The notes below the pieces were generated by a model. That model searched no databases. It was not told the DNA's origin and saw only the letters and a list, made by a program, of their open reading frames with translations. A stretch of 64,000 nucleotides of DNA, taken from the NCBI GenBank assembly GCA_965222075.1, contig OZ244937.1, positions 1,664,001 to 1,728,000 of the forward strand, given 5' to 3'. The translations under genes were made by a program, and so were the position numbers. This document shows positions 49,344 through 61,172 of the stretch, piece after piece; the stretch's first letter is position 1; every line of letters begins with the position of its first letter. The stretch is from Candidatus Latescibacterota bacterium. Its GTDB lineage: Bacteria > Latescibacterota > UBA2968 > GCA-2709665.

Positions 49344-50132
49344 ATGCAAAACCCACCCATTATCACCGTAGAGAATGCGTGCAAGACCTTTACCGGGGAC
49401 CGCGGGGAGGTCCAGGCCCTGGACGGCTTCGATATGGCCGTGCGAGAAGGCCAGTTTGTATCCATTGTGGGACCGAGCGGTTGCGGCAAGAGTACCCTCC
49501 TCTGGGCCATGGCCGCGCTCTGGCCGCTCACGTCGGGTAGAATTACCGTCAACGGGCGGGAGGTTCTGGAACCCCGGAGGGAGATCGGCATGGTCTTCCA
49601 GACCTCCAACCTGCTGCCGTGGCGCAACCTGCTGCAGAATATCCGTTTTCCCTTTGAAATCATGCGGGAAGACCCGGAACACTACCGGGATCGTATCGAT
49701 GACCTGATCGAGATCACGGCCCTGAAGGGCTTTGAACATCACTATCCCCGCGAACTCTCAGGAGGCATGCAGCAGCGGGCATCCATCGTCCGGGCGCTCG
49801 CGTACGACCCCGGGGTTCTGTTGATGGACGAACCCTTCGGCGCACTGGATGCCTTCACCCGGGACGAAATGAACCTGATGCTCCTCAACATCTGGGAACA
49901 GTCCCGCAAAACCATCGTCTTCGTTACCCATCAGATCCCCGAAGCCGTCTACCTCTCCGACCGGGTTTACGTGATGACCCCCCGTCCGGGCAGGAACTCA
50001 AGAATATATGACATCGATCTGCCCCGCCCCCGCCCGTTATCCATTACCGCCGAACCTCATTTTTTTGAAATCGTCGCCGAAATCAAACAGACCATTTTCC
50101 ACGACGTACAGAACGATGCCGCGTCAGCCTGA
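49344..50132 (+). CDS. NitT/TauT-family ABC transporter ATPase
   Basis: GPSGCGKS, LSGGMQQR, LLMDEPFGALD. Confidence 0.93.
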   Translation: MQNPPIITVENACKTFTGDRGEVQALDGFDMAVREGQFVSIVGPSGCGKSTLLWAMAALWPLTSGRITVNGREVLEPRREIGMVFQTSNLLPWRNLLQNIRFPFEIMREDPEHYRDRIDDLIEITALKGFEHHYPRELSGGMQQRASIVRALAYDPGVLLMDEPFGALDAFTRDEMNLMLLNIWEQSRKTIVFVTHQIPEAVYLSDRVYVMTPRPGRNSRIYDIDLPRPRPLSITAEPHFFEIVAEIKQTIFHDVQNDAASA

Positions 50133-50203
50133 CGAAAGCCGACGACGTGCGGCAGCGGTAACCGAATACGTCGAACTTCCGCCCCTCGCCAACGGTTCGA
50201 CCC

Positions 50204-51004
50204 ATGTCTACTAAAGGCGAAAAACAGCCCATCAACTGGTCTGCGCTTACCTCCGTCAGTTTCGCCAGCGTACAAATCGCCGTGATCGCCGGTGTGGCGC
50301 TGGTCGTCGTGGCGGCTTCCGAGCTCGTGGTCCGCGCATGGGATATCCCGTCCTATGTCTTCCCGCTGCCGAGTGAGATCGCATCCGCGCTCTACCGGTC
50401 CTTCCCGTTAATCTGGCCGCATCTGCTGGTCACGCTTCAGGAACTGGGCCTGGGATACGCCATCGGGGCTGTCGTCGGCATTCTGCTGGCCGCTCTTATC
50501 ACCCAGTTTCCTTTTGTTGAAAAGATCGTTACGCCGTACATCCTCATTCTGGTCACCACGCCGATGCTCGCCCTTGTGCCGCTGCTTATCCTCAAGTTCG
50601 GTTTCGGCCAGACGCCCCGGGTCATCGCGGTCGCTCTCGCGGTCGGCCCCATGGTGATGATCAACGCCGCCACGGGCTTCCGAAGAACCGACCTGGCGAA
50701 AATCGCCCTCGCGCGCTCATACGGCGCCACGACATTCCAGATCTTTTACAAGGTCCGCTTTCCGCTCGCGCTTCCGATGATCATTGTCGGACTCATGGTC
50801 GGAGGCATCTTCGGCCTGCTGACCGCGATAGGCGCCGAGATGGTTGGGGGCGGGTCCGGCCTGGGCAACCGCCTGGTCTATTATTCGTCCCTCGCACGCA
50901 TGTCCAACTTTTTCGCCGTGATTATTCTCATCGCCGCGATCGGGATCGGCCTTTACGTCGCCTTCTACCTGATCGGAAAAAAATGGGCGAATTGGGAAAG
51001 CTAA
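50204..51004 (+). CDS. NitT/TauT-family ABC permease
   Basis: Multiple transmembrane segments; ARSYGA..KVRFPLALP EAA-like loop. Confidence 0.9.
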   Translation: MSTKGEKQPINWSALTSVSFASVQIAVIAGVALVVVAASELVVRAWDIPSYVFPLPSEIASALYRSFPLIWPHLLVTLQELGLGYAIGAVVGILLAALITQFPFVEKIVTPYILILVTTPMLALVPLLILKFGFGQTPRVIAVALAVGPMVMINAATGFRRTDLAKIALARSYGATTFQIFYKVRFPLALPMIIVGLMVGGIFGLLTAIGAEMVGGGSGLGNRLVYYSSLARMSNFFAVIILIAAIGIGLYVAFYLIGKKWANWES

Positions 51005-51045
51005 CTCCTTCATCAACAGGCAGGAGTCAACCAGGAGGAAGTCAG

Positions 51046-52158
51046 ATGAAGAAAGATACCCTCACCCGCCGCCAATTCCTCGGGTATTCATCCGCGATGG
51101 GCGTCCTGTTCTGTATCCCCGCGAACCCGCTCAGTGCGGCCGAAGCCGACAAGATCGTCTGGGTTTCTCCTCGCGGAAACCTGGAGGTCATGGATGACTT
51201 CAACCTGTGGGTCGCCCACGAAATGGGCTACTTCAAGGAACTGAACCTGGACGTCGTGTTGCAACCCGGTCCCACGGAAGCGATGGCGGTAACCAAACTG
51301 GTGGGCCAGAAACAGGCTGATATCGGTTTTCCGTCTCCAGGCGTTCTGCTTTCCAGTATCGACGCGGGAATCCCGGTTGTCCTTGTGTGGGAAATGGTGA
51401 TGAAACAGGTCTTCGACTTCGCCCTGCCCGAAAACAGTCCGATCGCGAAAGTCCAGGACCTGGAAGGGAAAACGATTGCTGTCGCCTCCGAAGGATGGCG
51501 TGTGATCATCGATCCGATCCTGGTGGAAGCCGGGCTCGATCCCAAGTCCGTAACCTACCTGAACGGCGGCCCTCAGTGGGGACAGATGGTCGCCCTCGGG
51601 CGCGCGGACGCAGGGCTTGCCTGGAGAGGGCTGGCCGCCCAGTGGAAAGCCCTGGGAATGAAGCTTAAATTCCTTATCGGGATGGAGTTCTCCAATCATC
51701 CATCCAACGGTTATGCCATCCACCGCGACGACCTGAAGGACGAAACCCGCGTGGACATCTGGACGCGCTTCTTCAAGGCCAATTGTCTGGCCTACGAATT
51801 TACGCGAGCCAATCCTCGAGCGGCCGGTCAGATCGCCTACGGCCGTTTTCCGGCCCTCCGCGAACAGATGGCGCCCCAGCTCGCGCTGGATTCCATGCTC
51901 GAGTTGGGCACCATCTACTTTGACGGCGACCGCGTTGGCAAAGGGTACGGATACAGCGACCTGGAATCCTGGCAGGCCTACATCGACACCGTTCACAAAC
52001 TCGGACAGATCCGGAACCACTACAAGGCCGAGGACGTCGTCAGCAACGTCTTTGTCAAGGAAGCCAACAATATCGACCGTGAACGCGCCCGCGCCGAAGG
52101 CAAAGCCTTCAAGCTCAACGATAACTTCAAGGATCTGAAAATCAACTATCCGGTCTGA
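51046..52158 (+). CDS. NMT1/THI5-like substrate-binding protein with a Tat signal
   Basis: TRRQFL; GYFKELNLDV; DLEGKTI. Confidence 0.88.
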   Translation: MKKDTLTRRQFLGYSSAMGVLFCIPANPLSAAEADKIVWVSPRGNLEVMDDFNLWVAHEMGYFKELNLDVVLQPGPTEAMAVTKLVGQKQADIGFPSPGVLLSSIDAGIPVVLVWEMVMKQVFDFALPENSPIAKVQDLEGKTIAVASEGWRVIIDPILVEAGLDPKSVTYLNGGPQWGQMVALGRADAGLAWRGLAAQWKALGMKLKFLIGMEFSNHPSNGYAIHRDDLKDETRVDIWTRFFKANCLAYEFTRANPRAAGQIAYGRFPALREQMAPQLALDSMLELGTIYFDGDRVGKGYGYSDLESWQAYIDTVHKLGQIRNHYKAEDVVSNVFVKEANNIDRERARAEGKAFKLNDNFKDLKINYPV

Positions 52159-52189
52159 CTGCGTCCGATTTTCAGAGGAGACACTGACA

Positions 52190-53371
52190 ATGGCGAACGA
52201 AGGCAGCGCGAAGTACCCCGGTATCAGGATCACCGCCGTGGACACCTTCCTGGTGGAAGGCAACTGCTGTTTCGTGAAGGTCAGCACCAACGAGGGGATC
52301 ACGGGACTGGGCGAGGGCTCGATCAGCGACAACAAGGTGGGCACCATCGCCCAGTGCATCAAAGACCTGGAGGGCCACCTCATCGGCAAGAATCCCACGG
52401 ACATCGAGCTTCTCTGGCAGGGGCTCTACCGCTGGAACCGCTGGCACGTGGGCGTGCTCTTCAGCACCGCCCTCAGCGCCATCGATATCGCCCTGTGGGA
52501 TATCCTCGGAAAGATCGCGGGCCTGCCGATCTACAAGCTCCTCGGAGGCGCCGCGCGGGACAAGGTCCGCATCTACGCCGGCGGCAGCGGAAAGTCGGGC
52601 GTGCAGCGCGCCCGGAGCATGGGATGCAATGCCGTCAAGACGGGGCCGCCGGTGACCAGGGTTGGCGACCCTCTCACCGTGCCCATGCCCTGGGACCTGA
52701 ACCGGGCAGCCGCGCAGATCGAGGAGATGCGGGTCGAAGGGGGCGATGACTTCGACATCCTCATCGACGCCCACGGCCGGCTGACGCCGACCATGGCCCT
52801 GGAGTACTGCAAGGCCGTCGAGCCCTACCGTCCCTTCTGGGTGGAGGAACCGATCCAGGTGGAAGGATCGAACGACGCCCTCGAGTGGCTGAGCGACCAC
52901 ACGACGGTGCCCCTGTGCATGGGCGAACGGAACTTCACCAAGTGGGGCTTCCAGGACATCATCGCCAAGCGCCTGGTGAGCTACCTCAATCCGGACATCG
53001 TCCACTGCGGCGGCATCTCGGAGTTCAAGAAGATCGCGGCCATGGCGGAGGCGCAGTACATCCAGGTCTCTCCCCACATCACCTACAGCAAGGTAGGTCT
53101 CACCGCCGAGATCCACATGGGCCTGAACTGCCCCAACAGCGTCATCCAGGAGATGGGGTCCTACGCGAACGAGCCCTTCAAGGAGTCCACGGACTGGATG
53201 GACGACCTGTTCTTCGGGCACAGGTACCAGATCGAGGACGGTTTCGTGAGGTTGCCGGACACCCCCGGTCTCGGACTCGAGCTGAACGAGGAGGTGGCCC
53301 GGACCCACCCTTACGAACCGCAACTCCGCCCGGAGCTCAGGTACGAGGACGGGTCGGTGGAGGACAACTGA
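52190..53371 (+). CDS. Mandelate racemase/galactonate dehydratase-like enolase-superfamily enzyme
   Basis: SAIDIALWDILGK, IDAHGR, WVEEP, GER, HCGGISE, PGLG. Confidence 0.9.
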   Translation: MANEGSAKYPGIRITAVDTFLVEGNCCFVKVSTNEGITGLGEGSISDNKVGTIAQCIKDLEGHLIGKNPTDIELLWQGLYRWNRWHVGVLFSTALSAIDIALWDILGKIAGLPIYKLLGGAARDKVRIYAGGSGKSGVQRARSMGCNAVKTGPPVTRVGDPLTVPMPWDLNRAAAQIEEMRVEGGDDFDILIDAHGRLTPTMALEYCKAVEPYRPFWVEEPIQVEGSNDALEWLSDHTTVPLCMGERNFTKWGFQDIIAKRLVSYLNPDIVHCGGISEFKKIAAMAEAQYIQVSPHITYSKVGLTAEIHMGLNCPNSVIQEMGSYANEPFKESTDWMDDLFFGHRYQIEDGFVRLPDTPGLGLELNEEVARTHPYEPQLRPELRYEDGSVEDN

Positions 53372-53414
53372 AACTTCCAGGGGCGGGCCATTCTAAAAAG
53401 TGGGTATAGTTCTC

Positions 53415-53582
53415 TCAATAAACGCCAGGAATAATCCGGTACTTCACCCGCGCCTGATACTCTGCCCACTTTTCGGGGCCGTATTTCTCGGCACAGTGCC
53501 TGTCGTCCTGAAGTTGACGCACGGTGAACAGCGTGACGATGAAGACAAAGTAGGTCCAGGCCCAGGGATTGGTGAAGTAGCC
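53415..53582 (-). pseudogene. C-terminal fragment of an ERG4/ERG24-family sterol reductase
   Basis: Manual translation GYFTNPWAWTYFVFIVTLFTVRQLQDDRHCAEKYGPEKWAEYQARVKYRIIPGVY*. Confidence 0.75.
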
Positions 53583-53604
53583 GGGAACCCACTTTCCTGT
53601 GAGA

Positions 53605-55980
<2,376 letters not shown>

Positions 55981-55991
55981 TCACACTTCAC

Positions 55992-57539
55992 TCAGGCGTG
56001 TGCGACCTCGAAGACTGTCAGGTTGCGGGTGTTCTTGCTGAACTCTACGGCAATCAGGTAGATCGGCTGGTTCAGGCCGCGATATTTGTCCGCGTACCGC
56101 TTTTCCTTCAATTGCGCCATCGCTCCGCCCTCAGGCGCCATCTCGACCACCTTGAACTCGAATAAATAGATGTTACTGTTAAATTGAACGGCCATGTCCA
56201 GGCGGCCATGGCTGCTGCTGTCCTCCACGGTGATGTCAAGCCCCAGTCCCGCGAAATAGGAGTAGAACACGCTGGCGTAGTAGCCCTCAAAATTGGCGAT
56301 GTCGTTGTTGGTGTACCACTCGTAGGGTATGCTGGCGAAGAAGGCGTGGAATAATGTCTCGAGGCCGGCGAAGTCGTTGGCTTCCAGCAGGCGGTACAGG
56401 CGCACGCTGTTCGCCATCTGGCGCGTCGAGTCTTTCACCAGGTAGCGCAGCAGGCTCTCGTTGAGGCTTTGACGCACCTCCCGATTGGGATAGCTCAGGC
56501 GATAGAGGAACTTGCCGCCGAGGTTCTCTTTCTCTGTGATGGTGAGGTAGCCGGTCTGGAACAAGAGTGCCTCGGTCGCTATGTGGTCAACGTCGAAGGC
56601 GGACAACAACTCGTCGCTACCGATCATGTTATCGAGTTCGAGGGAACTAACGTGGCGTTTGAACAGTGTTTCAATGAGGAACGTGGGCGTGCCGGTCTCG
56701 AACCAGTAGGTGCCAAAGGTGCGCTTGTCGAACAGCAGGAGAATGTCGAAAGGGTTGTACACCTTCTCGTCGCCCAGCCAGCAATAACCGTTGTACCAGT
56801 CGCAGACCTCCTCTCGATCCAGGCCCGGCAGTTCTGGCGCGAACACGGTGTCCAGGTCTGCCTCGGTGTAGCCGCAGATGGCGGAATAACGCGGGTCAAT
56901 GGTGATGTCGGTGAGGTTGTTGAGGCCAGAGAACAGGTGAACTTTGGAGAATTTGCTGACGCCGGTGAGGAAGGTGAAGCGGACGTGTGCGTCGCAGTCT
57001 TTGATGGTGGCGTACAGGCCACGCAAGAAGTCGCGGTTGGCACGGGCGATGTCCGGGACTTCCAGCGCGTCCAGGATCGGTTTGTCGTATTCGTCAACGA
57101 GAACGGCCACGCGCTGTCCCGCCTGGCGGTGCAGCATCTGGATTATATGACGAAAGCGTGCCGACGCGGTGTCGTAATGGCTTTCCACGCCCGTTTCCTC
57201 TTCAATGGCGTCCAGTTGCGCCATGACCTCTTTGTGCAAGATCCCCGGCTCATTAAAGTTGCCGCTGCCAAAACTGAGGCGCAGGACGGGATAGCGCACT
57301 CGCCAATCCCAGTGGTCGTGGATGTACAACCCCTCAAACAGCGGCTCATTTCCCTCAAATAGTTCCTTCAGCGTGTCCAGAAACAGGCTTTTGCCAAAGC
57401 GACGCGGTCGCGACAGGAAATAGTGCGTGCCCTCATTGAGCAGTTCTCGGATATAGACCGTCTTATCGACATAGTAGTAGTTCTGCTCCCGAATCTTGCA
57501 GAAGGTCTGAATGCCGATGGGCAGTCTGCGTTTGGTCAA
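55992..57539 (-). CDS. AAA-ATPase-like + PD-(D/E)XK nuclease (PDDEXK_9-type) protein
   Basis: LPIGIQTF, YYVDKT, SRPRRFGKS, DEYDKP, GRLDM..FEFK; TTG start after GGAGG. Confidence 0.9.
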   Translation of the reverse strand: MTKRRLPIGIQTFCKIREQNYYYVDKTVYIRELLNEGTHYFLSRPRRFGKSLFLDTLKELFEGNEPLFEGLYIHDHWDWRVRYPVLRLSFGSGNFNEPGILHKEVMAQLDAIEEETGVESHYDTASARFRHIIQMLHRQAGQRVAVLVDEYDKPILDALEVPDIARANRDFLRGLYATIKDCDAHVRFTFLTGVSKFSKVHLFSGLNNLTDITIDPRYSAICGYTEADLDTVFAPELPGLDREEVCDWYNGYCWLGDEKVYNPFDILLLFDKRTFGTYWFETGTPTFLIETLFKRHVSSLELDNMIGSDELLSAFDVDHIATEALLFQTGYLTITEKENLGGKFLYRLSYPNREVRQSLNESLLRYLVKDSTRQMANSVRLYRLLEANDFAGLETLFHAFFASIPYEWYTNNDIANFEGYYASVFYSYFAGLGLDITVEDSSSHGRLDMAVQFNSNIYLFEFKVVEMAPEGGAMAQLKEKRYADKYRGLNQPIYLIAVEFSKNTRNLTVFEVAHA

Positions 57540-57630
57540 GGTTCCTCCGGGGGTCGATCTCCTCAAAGTACACGACAAAAATCGAAATGCCATTGTTCCG
57601 ACGATTATTTGCTCTTCTCTAATAAATCCC

Positions 57631-57796
57631 TTGCGACCAGAGAAGTGAGGAGGCTGTCTACGGAGCCGAGCAGGGCGAGAATGAGCGCCGGTTCCACCGC
57701 ATGCGCCAGGAAGTCGGCGGAAGGCAGCGCCAACTGCAATCCCGGCAGGCCGGTCGGTATCTGACCGATGACGGGCACGTCCTTCAGCCACAGCGT
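57631..57796 (-). pseudogene. Internal fragment of a SulP-family anion transporter
   Basis: Manual translation TLWLKDVPVIGQIPTGLP...PALILALLGSVDSLLTSLVA. Confidence 0.75.
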
Positions 57797-57874
57797 CCTT
57801 TCACCGGATAACGGCAGTTGAGCTTGACGCAGCTCAAGTTATGTAGTACCTTCCAACAAAATAAGGAGTGGACA

Positions 57875-58531
57875 ATGCTGAGATTTCCCGAAGAACTCAT
57901 GCTTCTCATCCTCGACGACGAGAACGGGAAATTCGCCCGAGTGTCGGATCAACAGTTGCGCTACGCGCTCGCCGGAGGGGTGCTGATGGATCTGGCGCTG
58001 GAGAACCGTATCGACACCGATCTGAAGCAGCTGATCCTCGTCAATCCGCATCCCGTTCAGGACAGCCTGCTCGACCCGACGCTCGCCGACATTTCGCAGG
58101 CAACCGATACCCACGATGCGCGCTTCTGGGTAGGGCGCACCGCCATTCGCAGCGCCGACGCCATTCGCCAGGAGGCGCTCGACCGGCTGGTAGAGCGGGG
58201 TATCCTGCAACGTCAGGACAACCGGTTTTTGTGGGTTTTCCGGTCGCGGCGCTACCCGGCCATCGACGACCGGGCCGAACGGGAGGTCAAGCTCAGAATT
58301 ATGGAGATCTTGTTCAGCGACCAGCTTCCCGGCCCGCGCGATGTGGTGATCATCGGCCTGGCGCACGCCTGCAACCTGTTCAGGCAGATACTGTCTACCC
58401 GCGAACTGGCGCACGTTGCCCCCCGCATCAACCAGGTGCGCCAGCTCGATTTGATCGGCCAGGCCATGTCGCAGGCGATCACGGACATTGAGCTGTCACT
58501 TGCCCTCGCTGTGCAGATGAAGCCATATTAG
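57875..58531 (+). CDS. GPP34/GOLPH3-like family protein
   Basis: EELMLLILDD..G, LAGGVLMDLALENRI, LVERGIL, RRYP. Confidence 0.8.
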   Translation: MLRFPEELMLLILDDENGKFARVSDQQLRYALAGGVLMDLALENRIDTDLKQLILVNPHPVQDSLLDPTLADISQATDTHDARFWVGRTAIRSADAIRQEALDRLVERGILQRQDNRFLWVFRSRRYPAIDDRAEREVKLRIMEILFSDQLPGPRDVVIIGLAHACNLFRQILSTRELAHVAPRINQVRQLDLIGQAMSQAITDIELSLALAVQMKPY

Positions 58532-58591
58532 CCCGCGGCCTGGCCGCCCGACCTCGTGTGCCCCCAGCACGAGCGAACAAGCGGCGAACAG

Positions 58592-60322
58592 CTAAGGCGC
58601 GCCCTCGACCTGCACCGCAACGATGTCCAGATCGTGATATTTCTGGTGGCGCACCGAAGAGGCGTAATGCCGCAACAGGCGGAACGAGATCTCGCGCTCG
58701 TCCACCAGCTCGGGCTGCTCGCTCAGATAGGCCAGTCGGTCTTCGAGATTTTCCCCCGCGGCAGCCGCCAAAAACTCCAGCTCCGCCGCCCCCTCGGCGA
58801 AGCGCGCGGTGATGATCAAGCGCCGCCCGTTATCGCCCACGCCGTCCTCAGCTTGTTGTATCAGAATCGCCAGGGTCTCTTCCCCTGCGGCGCACAGCCG
58901 CTCGGTCGCCGGGTCGTTCCAGCCGATTTTCGCGGCAAAGGCGCGGAGGAACGCGTCGATCCTGGGCAGCGCGGCGATGACCAACTCGATCTCCAGGCGC
59001 CGGCGGCGCGGAGCCGTCAGCTCCATGAACGCGGTCAGTAAGATCGCGGCAAGACCACCAGCGGTCATGCCGTTGCCCAGCAAGACACCCCACGTCCCGC
59101 CCAGCAAGTCGGCGAAGATCACCTGATTCTGAAAGCCCACGCCAATCCAGAACGACAGCCCCACCACTGCGGCCTTCCGGTGATCGAGGCCGTCCTCGAC
59201 GACCAGCTTCATACCCTGTACAAAGAGCAGGCCTATGAGCAGGGTTACATAGGCCGCGCCCACAGGGTTGGGAATGGCGATCAGGAGGGCCGTCACCTTG
59301 GGCGATAAGGCCAGTACCGCAAAGATGGCCCCGATATACACCCCAACGCGGCGCGCGGCGACCCCGGTGAGTTCGGCGAGCGATATACTGGTCGAGTAGG
59401 TCGTATTGGGGGGCGTCCCGGCGAGCCCGGACAACAGGTTGCCCATCCCGTCGGCGTTGAGTGCGCCCTGCACCAGGCGAAAATCGGTTGCCCGCGGCCG
59501 GCGCCGCGAGACCCGTTGAATGGCAACGCCGTCGCCAATGGTCTCAATCGCGCCTACTAAGGTAACGACCACAAACGCCGGCAGCAGCGTCCAGAACGCT
59601 GCACTCAGCGTCAGGTCCAATCCCGGCCACGCGCTATCGGGAAGACCGATCCAGGGGGCTTCGATTACGGGATTAATGTCGTATAGTCCGAAGAGGGCGG
59701 CCACCGCGCAACCCACCGCGATGCCGATGAGCGGCGCCCACAGCCGCCAGGCCACCGGGGCGCGCAACGCCAGCACCACAAGGGTAACGAGCGTCGCCCC
59801 GGCCGCGGCCGGGGCCGCGGCCCACGGCGTGCCCTCGGGCACATCCGTCAGCAAGCCGAAAATGATCGGCATGACCGTGACGGCGATCAGCATGATCACC
59901 GTGCCGGAGACGACCGGCGTGATAATCCTGCGCAGTAGCGAAAGCCGTGCGGCCAGGGCAAACTGAAACAGCGACGAAACGACGATCAGGCTCGCCATCA
60001 GGGCCGGTCCACCCTCCACCAGTGCCTTGATGCAGACCGCGATGAAGGCACCGGAGGTGCCCATGATAAGCACGTGTCCGGCCCCGATCCGCCCGACCCG
60101 GACCGCTTGCAGAACCGTGCTCACTCCACTGATCATCAGCGCCGCGAAGGCGACCCAGGTCAGGTAGCTCTCCGCCTGGTTGGCCGCCCGGCCAATAATA
60201 ATCGCGCTGAGCACCACCGGCGCCAGGACGACAACCGCGGCCTGAAAGCCGACCCCGACGGCGACTGAGTGGGGGGGCTGCTCATCCGGCTCGTAGCGGA
60301 TGTTTTCATTTACGCACGCCAT
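58592..60322 (-). CDS. NCS2 (xanthine/uracil) permease with a C-terminal HATPase/RsbW-like extension
   Basis: TPVVSGTVI, AIETIGD, ADGMGN..PNTTYS; soluble tail of about 130 aa. Confidence 0.8.
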   Translation of the reverse strand: MACVNENIRYEPDEQPPHSVAVGVGFQAAVVVLAPVVLSAIIIGRAANQAESYLTWVAFAALMISGVSTVLQAVRVGRIGAGHVLIMGTSGAFIAVCIKALVEGGPALMASLIVVSSLFQFALAARLSLLRRIITPVVSGTVIMLIAVTVMPIIFGLLTDVPEGTPWAAAPAAAGATLVTLVVLALRAPVAWRLWAPLIGIAVGCAVAALFGLYDINPVIEAPWIGLPDSAWPGLDLTLSAAFWTLLPAFVVVTLVGAIETIGDGVAIQRVSRRRPRATDFRLVQGALNADGMGNLLSGLAGTPPNTTYSTSISLAELTGVAARRVGVYIGAIFAVLALSPKVTALLIAIPNPVGAAYVTLLIGLLFVQGMKLVVEDGLDHRKAAVVGLSFWIGVGFQNQVIFADLLGGTWGVLLGNGMTAGGLAAILLTAFMELTAPRRRRLEIELVIAALPRIDAFLRAFAAKIGWNDPATERLCAAGEETLAILIQQAEDGVGDNGRRLIITARFAEGAAELEFLAAAAGENLEDRLAYLSEQPELVDEREISFRLLRHYASSVRHQKYHDLDIVAVQVEGAP

Positions 60323-60344
60323 TCCAGTAATTCCCGCACTTCGT

Positions 60345-60722
60345 TCACGCTCGCCCTCTTTCTCTTTCGATCCAACACCAGGCCAGGCACCGCTTGAAAT
60401 CGCCAAGCCACATGGCCGCGTCCGGATCGAAGGTTAAGGCGTCATGCAGCCGCACGTCACACCGGGGCGGATCTTCTTTCACCACCCCAGAGACAAGAAC
60501 GTTTCCGCCACGTGAAACCCTGAACAACAGCCGCTTGCCCGATCTTTTCGCCGCCAGCCGGTAGGCCTTAAAGCACGGCACCGCCACACTATCACCCGCC
60601 AGCGCTTTTTCAAGAACGGGCCGCAAGGCGTCAAGGGTTTGGTCATGCACTTCGGAACGGGGGGACATCCGGACATCTCCCGTGTTCAAAGTCTTGTGCT
60701 CGAGTACTTCGCTACGCCGCAT
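60345..60722 (-). CDS. Hypothetical protein
   Basis: GGGG RBS before MRRSEVLEH; HKTLNTG..SPRSEV...WLGDFKRCLAW. Confidence 0.55.
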   Translation of the reverse strand: MRRSEVLEHKTLNTGDVRMSPRSEVHDQTLDALRPVLEKALAGDSVAVPCFKAYRLAAKRSGKRLLFRVSRGGNVLVSGVVKEDPPRCDVRLHDALTFDPDAAMWLGDFKRCLAWCWIERERGRA

Positions 60723-61069
60723 GTTTCTACCCCCCCTTACCGGTCGGCAGGCAGGCGCCGGGCCGTAAGTGGTTACACCCAAAAGTACCTTCGTATCCCG
60801 ATTTGGGGTCCCTCTTTTTGAAAAAAGTGCGCCGCCCATCGTGCGGATTCGTCCTCCACTTTCTCCACCCACCTCCTCGATACATTTCGTGATGCTGATC
60901 AATTTCGAGAATGGCAATTCTTTGGATCGAGTGAAACCTTTCCTCAACGCCATCTGAATTCCGCACACCTCTCATCTATCCGGAGAAGGAGAGAAAAATG
61001 AGCAAACTCAAAATGATGATTTGAAGCCATTGTCCATGACAACAATCGGCCGATACAGCCGTTGCATGG

Positions 61070-61127
61070 GCGTGAACTTCTCGTGGATATTGCAGAAAGC
61101 GTGAACTTCTCGTGGATATTGCAGAAA
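61070..61127. repeat. Perfect 29-bp tandem duplication
   Basis: GCGTGAACTTCTCGTGGATATTGCAGAAA twice. Confidence 0.9.
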
Positions 61128-61172
61128 GCGACTAAAAGTATATCAATTGCTGACTCACATGGCGGCAACCTG

